A stretch of 63,491 nt of DNA, counting the filler, from Chiloscyllium plagiosum (taxonomy: Eukaryota), in NCBI RefSeq assembly GCF_004010195.1. It is 12 parts of 12 records of this genome, joined end to end, with 100 filler letters (N's around TTAATTAATTAA, not from the genome) between each part and the next. Parts side by side here need not be neighbours in the genome. Positions count along the whole stretch, not along the records: positions 39,396 to 40,951 come from NW_025161453.1; positions 41,052 to 44,853 come from NW_025192907.1; positions 44,954 to 46,666 come from NW_025213889.1; positions 46,767 to 51,774 come from NW_025197157.1; positions 51,875 to 53,427 come from NW_025161317.1; 7 more parts are not named here. One strand, 5' to 3'. This document shows, piece by piece, positions 40,726 to 52,990 of this stretch (within the stretch, counting starts at the first letter, position 1; every line of letters begins with the position of its first letter). Below the pieces are notes generated by a model. The model was not told where the DNA came from and did not search any database. It saw only the letters and a program-made list of their open reading frames with translations. Position numbers and translations under genes: made by a program.

Positions 40726-40951
40726 CCCACTGATAGAGCTGGGCCTCTGCCAGGCTGCTGTGTTCAATCTGACAGGAGTATTGATCCTCATCCCCAGCAT
40801 TGATCTCAATCTCTTTCTGGATCTGCTGGGTCCCATCGTGGTTCGGTCGTACCCCCGAGGAATGTGTCTCAGACATGACCTCTCCATTCCTTAGCCAGGT
40901 CACCTTGATGTCGACAGAATCAAACCCAGTGACCAGGCAGGAGAGAGTGAG
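40726..40951 (-). CDS. MHC class I alpha3 exon, partial and open (LTLSCLVTGFDSVDIKVTWLRNG...GVRPNHDGTQQI...YSCQIEHSSL)
   Basis: Class I alpha3 signature PNHDGT and both C1 cysteines; truncated by gaps at both ends. Confidence 0.85.
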
Positions 40952-41051
40952 NNNNNNNNNNNNNNNNNNNNNNNNNNNNNNNNNNNNNNNNNNNNTTAAT
41001 TAATTAANNNNNNNNNNNNNNNNNNNNNNNNNNNNNNNNNNNNNNNNNNNN

Positions 41052-41446
41052 TCAATCATCGATTTCCATCCGAAGTCAATCTCCATGATTTCGTTGAAAA
41101 ATGGCCGACGCTTGGATTCTGGCTTCTTCACGTCTCCCGTGTGTGAGGCAAACGGGAACTTCTCGGTNCTTCTCCTAACTGTGAGCTCCAGTGAATAAAT
41201 CGCAAGCAGTAAGTTTACAACTGTCGTCTGTTCAATCATCAATTTCCATCCGAAGTCAATCTCCGTGATTTGGTTGAAAAATGGCCGACTCTTGGATTCT
41301 GGCTTCTTCACGTCTCCCGTGTGTGAGGCAAATGGGAACTTCTCGGTGATGAGTCCCTGATGGTGAATGGTTCAGCAGCGCAGTCTATACCTGCCAGGTC
41401 ACTCATGGAGAGAACATTCAAAATAAAAACATCACCGCACTCCAGG
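41052..41446 (+). pseudogene. IGHM: IgM Cmu2 exon with an in-frame TAA (41196-41198) and frameshifting deletions near 41355-41365; a second partial copy at 41052-41167
   Basis: LLLTVSSSE*IAS...[21 protein letters not shown]...[13 protein letters not shown]...YTCQVTH; donor CAGG|GTAAG at 41447. Confidence 0.82.
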
Positions 41447-43411
41447 GTAAGAGACACACACTGAGAGAGCTACAAATCATTCAGAACTCTGATGTGAATC
41501 AAACATACTAATTTATCAGGCGTAGTAAACAGCACGGTACAGCTTCTCATTTCCCAACATGCCACGTATCTCATATTAGTTTGAGTATTACATTAACATT
41601 GCTCATATTTCAGCATTTTGGCAAGTCAGAAAAGCATGTTTCCTCTTTGTTGAAGAAAGATACATAGACAGTGAGCTTTGCTAAATAGTTTGTTGCCTCA
41701 CCATGCTGGGAGTGGCATTCCGAGTGCTGAATCCTTGCCTAGTAGTCGCTTCAAGGATAAGTTAGGGGGTGGAGGGGGATATTGGACAGATATCTGATTG
41801 AAACATAGAAAATACTGAGAGACTTAGGTCGAGTGAACGTGGAATAGATGTTTTGACTGGTGGGCGAGACTAGAACCCAAGGACACAGTCTCAGGGTCAA
41901 AGGTGCACCGTTTAGAACTGAGATGGGGAGGAATTTCTTCAGCCAGAGGGTGATGAGTCTGTGGAACTTGTTGCTGCAGAGGGCTGTGGAGGCCCGGCCA
42001 TTGTGTTTACTCAAGCCAGAGATAGATCCGCTCTTGTTTAGTACGGGGAGAAGGCAGGAGAATGGCTTTAGCCCGAAAGATCGATTTTCCTGCTCATCGG
42101 ATGCTGCCTGACCTGCTGTGATTTTCCAGCATCATTCGGATCTGAACTCTGGATTGACCGAACAGCCTTATTCTGATCCTCTACCTTATGATGTTGGGGT
42201 CTCAAAATGACGTGGTTAAAATATGCAGTGACCCTGACTTGAAAATAAATCAAAATGCGTTCAATGCTTCATTCCCTGCTCAGGAATGACCTGTTGATTG
42301 GACATTGAACGACATCGATTTTTATCTGGTACTGAGCTCTTTAACTTCATTTATGGGATCAGACCACAGACCCAAGTGGGTGTCACATTTGATGAACTGG
42401 GATAAACGTGATCTCACTGAGCTTCTTTAAGATGCTCTCTGTAATTAGTGGATGTGGCAGGAGAATAAATTCTGGTGGGAATGCTACAATAGCGATGAAT
42501 GAACGAGGAACTCGAGACAGGCTGATTTAGCCTGGTTTGGGGTGGCGATGTTTACACAGTGAGTAGTGGATGTCTATAAAATTAGTGTACATTTCCATCG
42601 CGTTTGTAGATTAATTTAAGACGTTTTTGTTTTTATTTTCTCCCCTGCTCTATGAAAAAAATAAAAACTGCAGCTTGGTAAATAAAGTGAAAGTACAGAC
42701 CAGTTATGAACTAACTGAATAGAGGGAAAGACTTAAGGAAATGGGTGTCCTTCTCGATATCCAATGCTGTACTCAATGTCTTGTTTTCAGATCTACTCCA
42801 AACACAGCCCATGAGGAACAATGACATAAATTAGAGAATGACATCACACCAATAACGCAAAGTATTTTTGATCACGTTAAATATAATGAACAGAATTTCC
42901 ATGGCTGTTCACCGCTCCTGTAACACTTTAGAACTCTGCAAAGAGAATAATTATTATTTCTTATAATTTTTCCAAAATTTGGGATATGATTTGGCAGTCA
43001 GCGTGACCAGCAGCACTTGCCCCCAAGGGTGAAGAACATGGAAATGAACTCATTATATTCAGATTACTCTTGTCACAAGTATCAATAGATGGTCTTAAGT
43101 GAGAGACAAACTCCGAAAGAAAGGTAATTCCATGGGTTACATGATGGTATCTTCGATGATTTTACTTTTTTCACAGGTTTCACTTGTTACAAAGCCAGTG
43201 TTCTTCAGGAATAATTACACAGGGTATGATATAGGTAATCACAAATACTTTCACAGATCAAAATACATCAACAATAGTAAGCATCGTTTCAGCAATAGTT
43301 GGATTTGCCATTTTGAAGTTGGTGTCTTCACCCTGTGAAGGAGGAATCTGAAGATTGGCTGTTTATATCAGAAAGGGGCATTTTTCATTGACTTTGATTT
43401 TTGTTTCATAG

Positions 43412-43720
43412 AAGATACCGAGTGGCACATCAACACCGTTAAAATCCTCCCACCGCCAGTAGAACAAGTCTTACTGGAGGCGACGGTGACGTTAACCTGC
43501 GTTGTGTCCAATCTTCCTTCTGGAGTCAACGTGACCTGGACACAAGAAAAGAAACCTGTGAAATCAGAGATTGCTAACCAGTCTGGACAGAATCCCGACA
43601 GCGTGATCAGCAAATTCAACATTTCTACTGAAGCCTGGCTGAGTGGCGTTACTTTTGAATGTGTGGTGTACCATCAGAATCTACCGACTCCGCTGAGAGA
43701 CTCCATCCACAAGGAGAAAG
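43412..43720 (+). CDS. IGHM: IgM Cmu3 exon (...[34 protein letters not shown]...[22 protein letters not shown])
   Basis: Open 309-bp phase-1 exon with AG/GT boundaries and shark Cmu3 motifs. Confidence 0.9.
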
Positions 43721-44161
43721 GTGAGCGGTGAGATTAAAGCACAAAGCATCCTATATGTAATGCAGATCCAGTTACATCAATGACAGGCTTTGATTGGTAA
43801 TGAACAAACACCGTTGGGGGCATTAATGATGCATCTGAAGGCAGGATAGCTAGGTAGCTGATAAAGAAAAAGATGGACCAAAGGATTAAGTCAGATAAGG
43901 TGGGAAGAAGCCTGAGTTGTGATGTCACCATCAGCAATGTCAATTGGACAGAATGCCCTTGTTGTGGGCTGGAAACATGGAGGCAACTTTCACATTAAAC
44001 TTTACTTTTTTTAATGAACAGAATGTGTACCATACTGCTCCTTTAGAAAACAAAAGTGAATAAATCCCAAATTAAACATTGCTATTTTAATATTTAGTGA
44101 AACTGTGATATTGGTTCAGGATGTTTTTGGTTGATTTATATTTGTCTCAAATATTCTGCAG

Positions 44162-44547
44162 TGATTAATCTGCTGGAGCCATCAGTGTCGGTCCTCCTTC
44201 CACCAACAGAAGAAATCTCCGCTCAGAGGTTTCTCTCCCTGACCTGTTTAGTGAGAGGTTTCTCCCCCCGAGAGATCTTCGTCAAGTGGACAAACAATGA
44301 CAAGCAGGTGAATCCCAGTAACTACAAGAACAACGAGGTGATGGCGGAGAGCGACAACATCTCCTTCATCGACAGCCTGTTATCCATTACAGCGGAGGAG
44401 TGGGCCAGCGGTGCTTCTTACTCCTGTGTGATGGGACATGAAGCGATTCCACTGAAGATCATCAACAGAACAGTCGATAAATCCAGCGGTAAACCGAGTT
44501 TCGTAAACATTTCACTTGCACTGATGGACACTGTTAATTCATGTTAA
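44162..44547 (+). CDS. IGHM: IgM Cmu4 plus secretory tail (...[28 protein letters not shown])
   Basis: Acceptor tgcag|TG, internal TM donor AGCG|GTAAA at 44489, AATAAA overlapping the stop (44546-44551). Confidence 0.9.
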
Positions 44548-45249
44548 TAAAAATCTCAAAGTTGCATTTAATAATTCAACAGAAGTAATGAAGCGTTTTT
44601 TTCCCTCCAGTTGTGAGTTACATACTGAATTAGTTGTTTCCCACTCGGACTTATTAACAGGTCTAGGACGAGTGTCTTGTGCAGTTAATGTTCTCTGCTC
44701 AGATACACCCTGGGTCAGAGGCAGAGTAAAGCTCTCTCATTGCAGGATTCCGCCAAGTACCTTATCCATCCTAAATCCCTCTGTGACAACATCTGACAAT
44801 GTCCATTTTACGTCAAGGGTAGAGCACGAGTTTTGAACTTAGTGTTCTTGATTNNNNNNNNNNNNNNNNNNNNNNNNNNNNNNNNNNNNNNNNNNNNTTA
44901 ATTAATTAANNNNNNNNNNNNNNNNNNNNNNNNNNNNNNNNNNNNNNNNNNNNATCTTTTATGATTATAAGTCAAATAAAATGGGAAGAAACCTGGTTTG
45001 TGTTTTTAACATCAGCAATGACAAATGTACAGGAAGACTTAGTTGTGGGTTAGAAACATGGAGTCCACTTTCGAATTAAACTCTTTACTCTTAATGAACA
45101 GAATGGATATCATTCTGCTGGTTTAGAAAATGAGAGTGTATAAAGCCCAAATTTTAAAACAAAACTGACATATTTTAATATGTAGTGACATTGCAATGTT
45201 GATTCTGGATTTTTATAGTTGATTTATATTTGTTTCAAATATTCTGCAG

Positions 45250-45593
45250 GAGAAAAGCTACTGGAGCCATCAGTGTGTATCCTACTGCCACCCACAGAAG
45301 ACATTTCCGCTCAGAGGTTTCTCACCTGTTTAGTGAGAGGTTTCTACCCCCGAGAGATCTTCATCAAATGGACAAACAATGACAAGCCAGTGAATCCCAG
45401 TAACTACAAGAACACCGAGGTGATGGCGGAGAGCGAGAACACCTCCTTCTTCATGTACAGCCTGTTATCCATTACAGCGGAGGCGTGCGCCAGCGGTGCT
45501 TCATACTCCTGTGTGGTGGGTCATGAAGCTATTCCACTGAAGATCATCAACAGAACAGTCGATAAATCCAGCGGTAAACCGAGTTTGCACTGA
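45250..45593 (+). CDS. IGHM: Second IgM Cmu4 exon with the secretory tail truncated by a 16-bp deletion (...SSGKPSLH*); possibly a pseudogene
   Basis: Aligns with 44162-44547. It also has a 6-bp deletion before the first Cys and EEW changed to EAC. Confidence 0.82.
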
Positions 45594-46766
45594 TGGACAC
45601 TATTAATTCATGTCAATAAATAACTCAAAGTTGCTTTTAATAATTCAACAATAGTAATAAAACTTTTTCCTCAAATTGTGATTTAAATATACAACCGTTT
45701 AATTAATTGTGTTTCCCACTTTTACGTATATTACACCTGTAAAGTTAAATTGGATTATTAACAGGTCTCGGACTCGTGTCTTGTGCAGTTGATGTCCCCT
45801 GCTCAGGTAAACTTAGGATCAGAGGGAAAGTAAAGCTCACTCAATGCCGGATACTGCAAAGTACCTTCACCATCTTAAATTCCATTTCAACGGAATCTGA
45901 AAATGCCCAATTTCTCTCAAGTAAATACAACGAACTTTGAACTTTGTTTTCCTGATTCCCCGATTGCACATTCTCACAAAATTCATGTCGGCTTTAAACT
46001 GCCACAATGCAACAATTTCAACCGCAATCTTAAGAGACATTTGGAATTAATTTTGATTGGAAAATGCCAATCGCAAACAGTGCAGAGTAAGTTGAATATA
46101 ACCCTTCTTTCTGTGGAAGGAGGGATCTTGTACCAGTGCAGTGGTTGACAGAATGCATCTTTATTTCCACACCAAAGAGACCCGAAAGGACGGTTATTGT
46201 TGTTGAGCCGAGGTAGGGGGAGAGGGAAATTATTAATGGTCTGTACTCTTAGTCACTCTGCAGAGTTTTAAAGATAGAAGACCTCTGTAATGTAACCCAG
46301 TTGCTGACAGTAACAGTCAGCGAGTTGTTTCCTGTCCGAAGATTCCATGTTTCCATGTAAAATAATACTTTTGTGTCTGCCTAATTCGATTGACGCTATT
46401 AATCGTTTGTTAACATTGACTCCCCTTAATCCAAAACTGGTATTTACATCATCCCAGTTTGTAGTCCATAGTTTTGTCTCAGTTTTCTGGAGCACATGGG
46501 ATAAATTCTGGTCTTCGAACATCTGACATAATTTTGCTTCACGTACAGAACATTTGTAGACATTTTGTAATCAGCATGTTCAGAAATGCAATTCTGCATA
46601 TCTGGAGTAGTGGGGATTTGAGCTCAGGTCTCTTGTCTCAGAGACAGAAATTCTTTCGCTGTAACANNNNNNNNNNNNNNNNNNNNNNNNNNNNNNNNNN
46701 NNNNNNNNNNTTAATTAATTAANNNNNNNNNNNNNNNNNNNNNNNNNNNNNNNNNNNNNNNNNNNN

Positions 46767-46850
46767 GTCACTTCCAGGAAGGTTCCGCTCCCCCAGTAGT
46801 CAAGATAATACCACTGTGCTCTGTCTCTTCATTCACCCAATACAATAACT
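46767..46850 (-). other. IgW-type JH (46767-46811, truncated by scaffold end) with 23-RSS (46812-46850)
   Basis: YYLDYWGSGTFLEVT; AGTTATTGT-23-CACAGTG. Confidence 0.9.
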
Positions 46851-47174
46851 GACCCTGAGCTCAAGAAATAATAATCCCCAGGGAATTAAACATAAACTGT
46901 GTTTTAACCCGGAGCAGCAACTTCCTGTATTTTCATCTGAAATTCCATCCTAATCCTGTCTCAAATATATCTATAAATGAGGTGTTTTTACAGTTTTCCT
47001 GTCTGTGGTACACCAGCTCCTGCAAGTTATCCATAAAAAGAATTGCCTCCTTTTTGTCTTGTTTTCTCCCAGGAATCGACATTTTCCCTGACAATCCCAG
47101 TCAGTGTTTAGATATTTCACTCTGGGAAACAGGACTGTGAAATCCATGGATACACACTGTCATTAGGAGCGGGC

Positions 47175-47243
47175 AGTTTGTGTCAGGCTTTATGCTGCTG
47201 TGGTAGTATATCCATCACAGTGTTTCAGCCGGGCTCAGAAACC
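47175..47243 (-). other. D2 (47203-47215) with 12/12 RSS
   Basis: Identical to 38472-38540 in reverse orientation. Confidence 0.88.
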
Positions 47244-47560
47244 ACAGCTACAGGATCCAGCCCGAAATCAAATGTCCCAAACAACTCCCCAGTCTGTATC
47301 CGGGTGTCTCCCACACTCCAGGAGTCAATGCCGGGGTTTTCAGGACTGTATGGGAAGCTGGGGGAATCCACAAGGAGTTTTCTTTCTCCATCATCCTCTC
47401 TCTGTTCCTCACTGCTCCTTCCATGTTTCAAGTGAAATCTTCACAGAAAGTTGTTCCCACGCCCAGATTGTTGAATTGGATCTGATTTATATCCACAGCT
47501 CAGGAAGTAAAGCCAGTGATAGCACCCGGAGAGAGCAGTTTAAATAGGTTTCCAGTGGCA

Positions 47561-47644
47561 GGTTTTTGAATGGGGAGACCCCCCATCTCTCTCTCTGTGC
47601 CACTCCAGTATATAGACACTGTGATAGGGAGCCGTACATGAACC
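47561..47644 (-). other. D1 (47600-47616) with 12/23 RSS; 3' heptamer CACAGAG
   Basis: Reverse copy of 38071-38154 with a T>A change in the 3' heptamer. Confidence 0.88.
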
Positions 47645-47982
47645 TCCTCCCCTTTCCCTGACACTGAGTCCAGTCACTTCACATTTAACCCGATCACACT
47701 GACACTGCTCCAAGTGAGCAATGCTGCTCTGATTCTCCCTGCCCAGGGACTGCCCTCTCCCCTGTTTCAGTCCAGAGAGATCTTTGTTCATGTCCTGAAC
47801 TCCTTTTCCCATCATGTCGCCAGTGCCAGGAATCAGCAGTGAATAATCCCATTTCCCCATTCCCAGGACCAGCAAATCCCAACACAGTCAGGATGGGAAT
47901 GAAGCTGTGCTGGTAGCTGGGGGGTGGTGTGTGATAGTTCCTCCCTTTTCACTGATTCCCCTGACTGTCGATTCTCTCAGTG

Positions 47983-48021
47983 AGTTTTTGTACCAGTCCA
48001 GCCCCATTTCGTCTCACTGTG
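47983..48021 (-). other. V 3' 23-RSS (CACAGTG-23-ACAAAAACT)
   Basis: Consensus heptamer, 23-bp spacer. Confidence 0.92.
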
Positions 48022-48319
48022 CCTCTAGCACAATAATACATGGCGGTGTCATCCACTTTCAGATTTGTCACCTGTAGGTAAGATGTGGTCGTGTCCTTGG
48101 AAGGGGTGAATCGGCCTTGAACTCCTGGTCCGTAGTACTTGCTACTTTCTGAATAATAGTACAGCAGCCATTCCAGCCCTTTCCCAGGGACCTGTCTCAC
48201 CCAGTGCATGCCGTAGCTGCTGAGGCTGAACCCACTCACTGTACAGGTCAGTCTGACAGACTCCCCCGGCTTTTTCACAACTGATTCAGGCTGTGTCAGC
48301 ACGATCTGAGAGCGGACAC
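48022..48319 (-). CDS. IgW-type VH segment, intact ([43 protein letters not shown]...DTAMYYCAR)
   Basis: Open frame, acceptor cacag|GT, canonical V residues, RSS immediately downstream. Confidence 0.92.
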
Positions 48320-48441
48320 CTGTGAATAAAAGAGAAACAGAAGAGAGCTCACTTTAATAAGCCGGTCAGATAAACAGAGAGTCCCAGAATCTGGGAAGAA
48401 GCAGCCTCACTGTGTGGGGAGAAAGCCCTGGGAACTCTCAC

Positions 48442-48487
48442 CTGTCAGACAGAGCAGGAGGACACAGAGATAAGGAGTAATCCCCAT
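48442..48487 (-). CDS. IgW-type VH leader exon MGITPYLCVLLLCLT-G
   Basis: Identical to 37245-37290. Confidence 0.88.
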
Positions 48488-51400
48488 CGTCGTGTGGAAG
48501 CAGAGACAGAGTCAGACACTCCAGAGATCCGGCTGCTTCAGGGCACCTTTGTCTGGAGCTGGAGTCAGTGCTGTTTAAATAGGGGAGTGAAGTGAGTGAG
48601 GGTTCACCAACTTCCCCAGCAGCTCCACCCACTGAAACCAGAAACAGAGCTTCCTGTCCCCGCCTCCAGCAGAGATTTCACTTCTCTCCAACAGGCAACA
48701 GATCAGCAGCAATAATCAGGTTAAAGATTCTGTTACACTCTGTCCTGGTTCATTATTTCAAAATTAAAGAGCTTGTGAACAACAATCTGTGAGAGACACC
48801 AGTCAGTGCACAGACACCTCCCTGAGAGAGAGGGGAAACTAAGAGAGACCAGTCTGTGTACAGATATCTCCCTGAGAGAGAGGGAGGGGGAACTGAGGGA
48901 CAATGGTCAGCTGCAGATATTTCCCTGAGAGGGGGTGGGGGTGACTAAGAGACACCAGTCAGTGTCCAGGTATCTCCCTGAGAGAGAGAGGGGACTGAGA
49001 GGCACCAGTTAGTGTACCGATATCTCCCTGAAAGAGAAGGGTCTGAGAGACGCCAGTGTCCTGGTATCTCCCTGAGAGAGAAAGGACTGAGAGACACCAG
49101 TTTGTGTTCAGATAACTCCCTTATGAAGCTTGGCACCATCCAGGACAAAGCAGATGGGTTGTTTGGCACCGATCCACCACCATTAATATTCAACACATCC
49201 ACAATGGCAGCAGTGTATATCAATCACAAGATCAACTGCATCAATTCACCCAGGCTCATTCAACAGCCCCTTCTAAACCCATGGAAGGACAGGGGCAGCT
49301 TGTGTAAGGGATCACCATCACCTGCAAGTTCCCCCGATAACTCACGCACCATCCTGAGTTGGAATGACATCACTGTTCCTGCATCATCACTGAGTTAAAA
49401 TGCTGGAAGTCTCTCCCTAATAGTTTCAACTGCACCCTAAGGACTGCAGCAGTTCAAAAAGACGATCGCCCCACTTTTTCAAGGGCATTTTTCTTATGAA
49501 CAATAGTCCAGCTGATGATGCCCACATTCCATGACCAAGTAGTAAAATATAGAACAATAATCACAAATTGTCTTTCCTGGGATCTAGACAATAAAGTGAT
49601 ACATTTCTGGGCAATGGGAAAGACCCTCCAGCCCATGCCATTAAAATAATCCCTTTTTGATTTCTGACAATTTGTGAGAGGCAGATCTGTTGATGCTGAG
49701 CTTTCAGGAACAGAACACAGACACTAGTAGAGGCAATCGGGAGTTTGGAACCTGACAGCTGCTCAGTCAGACAGGCAGGTCAATGATGTAGGAAATACAG
49801 CTCAAGGCACTGCACCCTGGGGAAATGGTGACTATCACAGGCAGGGATCAAAGGAGGGTGACCAGAAATGAGGGACTTCAGTTATGATGAAGTAGGAAAT
49901 GTTTGGACTTGATACTTTGGAATCTCCTTCCACCTCTCTACCCCTTCCTCCTCTAAGATTCTCTTTAAACACAAGTGTTTGACCAACCCTTTGGTCATCT
50001 ATCTGATATCTCTCAACTGATGCCTGGGGTCAAATTACATTTTATATCCCTCCCATGCAGTGCCTTAGAACGTTTTGTCAATCTCGAAGGTGCTATTTAA
50101 GTACAAGCTGCTGAAATAGGGTAGGTTAAAATCTAACCTAAGAGCTGATGAGAGGTTTCAGGAGGAACGGATAAATATTGTCTCTGGTGACTGAGCCAGT
50201 GATGTGAGGACATAGGAATTTATTATAATAGCAAGGAGAATAGTAAATCTGAAGATTGGGTGGCTATTAGAATTCACGGAAAGGTCACCGAATCACTGAT
50301 AAAGAAAAAGTAAACTGATAGAATAAATAAGGGACAGACATAGAATGAGATTGTAAAAGCTTGTGAAGGATGGAAGAAGGAAGAAATTAATGAGAGTAAA
50401 CATGGGTCCCTCAGAGACAGAAACAGAGGAAATCCCAACGGGGAATGAGGAATTGACAGAGGCACGAAAGAAGACCCCAAAAAACCATTCCAGATGGAGG
50501 AAAGGATCAAAGGTCTGGGTGAAAATGGGGAACTTGGGGATATTATAATGTGCAGTGAAGTTGTGTTGGAGAGATTAATGCAGCTTAGTGTCAGAAACTA
50601 TGATTAGGATTGGAGCAGCAGAGTGAACTGAGGGAATTGCTGACACTGAGTCTAAAAGGAAATCTTTTGGCAGATTTGGATTATAATGAAAAATATGTGA
50701 TAATGATAAAATAAGCAATGATCAAATAACAATGATCAAATAAGCAAGGTGAACATCAATAGTCTATTCCCATTGGCGGGAGCGCATGTACCATTGTAAT
50801 ACCACCAAGTATTTCAGTGAATGTCTTGCGTCAAGAACACGAAAGATGTCTAAATGATTCACTGACACCAGTAACACAGTCTGGGGTATTTGTACTGTAC
50901 CTGTATCAGGAACAGCACTGACTGATTCTGTATCCTCACCACATTGTTACCCTCTCCAATAACACTGTACTGACACCAATAACAGTACTGAGTGTCTCTG
51001 TATCACCCTCACCAGTAACACTGTCTGAACTATTAGGACTGACCTTGTTGCAGGAAACAGCATGAGAGAATCACTCTGTCTGTCAGTATCTCTGTCTTGT
51101 CCTTTCTATGTATTTACTAATGTATATATACATCCATGAATGAATTCATAACATGTGGACTTGTTTATTTCTATCTCAATCAATACATACAAAATATGTG
51201 TCTTTACTTCGGCTTAATCATGATGGTGAACATTCACAATTTCAGCTTCACAGTTGAATGGCCAATCCTTGTTTATGATTTGCAGAGTTGAGCAGTGGAT
51301 GAGGCCAGAGCGATCATCTACTTTTTACTGACCATCCCCTCCACCGTACCCCAAAACCCCATCCCCAGCCCCAACACCCACCAAACACAGGTCAGTGGGT

Positions 51401-51874
51401 TGCTCACAGAACCGGCCCACTGCTACACTCAAGATCAATAACGGAAATGGCTTTTTAGACCATGTCCTTAACAACAACAAGCAGTGTTACACACCCAAAA
51501 GTAATCTCACTTCATCACCAATGATTGATGGAAACCGCACTCGAAATGTTTCACTGACTGTGTCAGATCCACATACAGCAAATTGTTTCTGAGCTGAGAA
51601 CATTGTCCAGCCTTGAATGTCCCCCTCCTGTGATTTCCCTCCTGTTTTCTCCTTCACTGTTTCCCCCTCTGACCTCACACAGTTGGGAAACCAGGCCCAG
51701 GGTTCACTAAGGCCACACTGAACTTGACTGACTCAGTCATAGATGGGATTGAAGGAGTGTGGGGGAGTTGTTCANNNNNNNNNNNNNNNNNNNNNNNNNN
51801 NNNNNNNNNNNNNNNNNNTTAATTAATTAANNNNNNNNNNNNNNNNNNNNNNNNNNNNNNNNNNNNNNNNNNNN

Positions 51875-52040
51875 TGACAAGGGAGGCGCAGTAGTAATTT
51901 GGCGCACAGACCTTTACACCGCTGAGGCCAAACGCCAGCTCGCAGATACCTCCTCCTACCGTCCCCTTGACCATGACCCCACCCCCCACCACCAAACCAT
52001 CATCTCCCAGACCATCCATAACCTCATCACCTCAGGGGAC
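51875..52040 (+). mobile_element. Penelope-like retroelement RT fragment
   Basis: Reads DKGGAVVIWRTDLYTAEAKRQLADTSSYRPLDHDPT (DKG..VV..Y motif of Penelope-like RTs). Confidence 0.75.
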
Positions 52041-52392
52041 CATTCAAATTATGTAGCTAATAATCTCAAAATTGACTGTCAACTAATGCTACTGGCAACA
52101 TACACTACAATGGCCACAACTTTCAAATATTTATTATTCGTGAACAATTCAGAGATTGATCAACTTTTTTTAAAATTTTCATCTTATTTCTAAACTCTTT
52201 ACATGTGTGTTGCTTCCCTACTTCCTCTTGTAGTTAATATTAAATATACTCACTTTTTAAAATCAGGATACTCTAATGAAATTGAAAAAATATCAGTTCA
52301 TTCAGGTGATTAACCAGGGCTGAGTGCAGCCACACACAGACACGGACACAAGGGCAGACACAGACACACAAACATCGTGCCCAGTCCCTTAC

Positions 52393-52658
52393 CCCACTGA
52401 TAGAGCTGGGCCTCTGCCAGGCTGCTGTGTTCAATGTGACAGGAGTATTGATCCTCATCACCAGCATTGATCTCAATCTCTTTCTGGATCTGATGGGTCC
52501 CATCGTGGTTCGGTCGTACCCCCGAGGATTGGGTCTCAGACATGACCTCTCCATTCCTTAGCCAGGTCACCTCGATGTCTACAGGATCAACCCAGTGACC
52601 AGGCAGGAGAGAGTGAGCGGCTTGTCCTGACCATTGGGCTCCCTCCTGGAGGTAAACA
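52393..52658 (-). pseudogene. MHC class I alpha3 exon with a 1-bp deletion (GGG TTG ATC versus GGG TTT GAT) and its 5' end replaced by a minisatellite
   Basis: Aligns with 63068-63346; donor TGGG|GTAAG intact. Confidence 0.85.
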
Positions 52659-52671
52659 CTGCAGCACGGGA

Positions 52672-52990
52672 GAATGGACTGAGTGGAGTGACCCAGAGGT
52701 CAGTGCTGGGGAATGGACTAAGTGGAGTGACCCAGGGGTCAGTGCTGGGGGATGGACTGAGTGGAGTGACCCAGGGGTCAGTGCTGGGTGATGGAATGAG
52801 TGGAGTGACCCAGAGGTCAATGCTGGGGATGGACTGAGTGGAGTTACCCAGGGGTCAGTGCTGGACAATGGACTGAGTGGAGTGACCCAGAGGTCAATGC
52901 TGGGGGATGGACTGAGTGGAGTTACCCAGAGGTCAATGCTGGGGGGTGGAGTGACCCAGGGATCAATGCTGGGAGATGGACTGAGTGGAA
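52672..52990. repeat. 39-bp minisatellite, about 8 copies
   Basis: Unit ggactgagtggagtgacccaggggtcagtgctgggggat. Confidence 0.92.

Noticed and set aside
41052-45593. IgNAR assignment for the heavy-chain constant exons
   Set aside because: Domain motifs and the secretory tail ([19 protein letters not shown]) match IgM, and no VNAR-like segment is seen.
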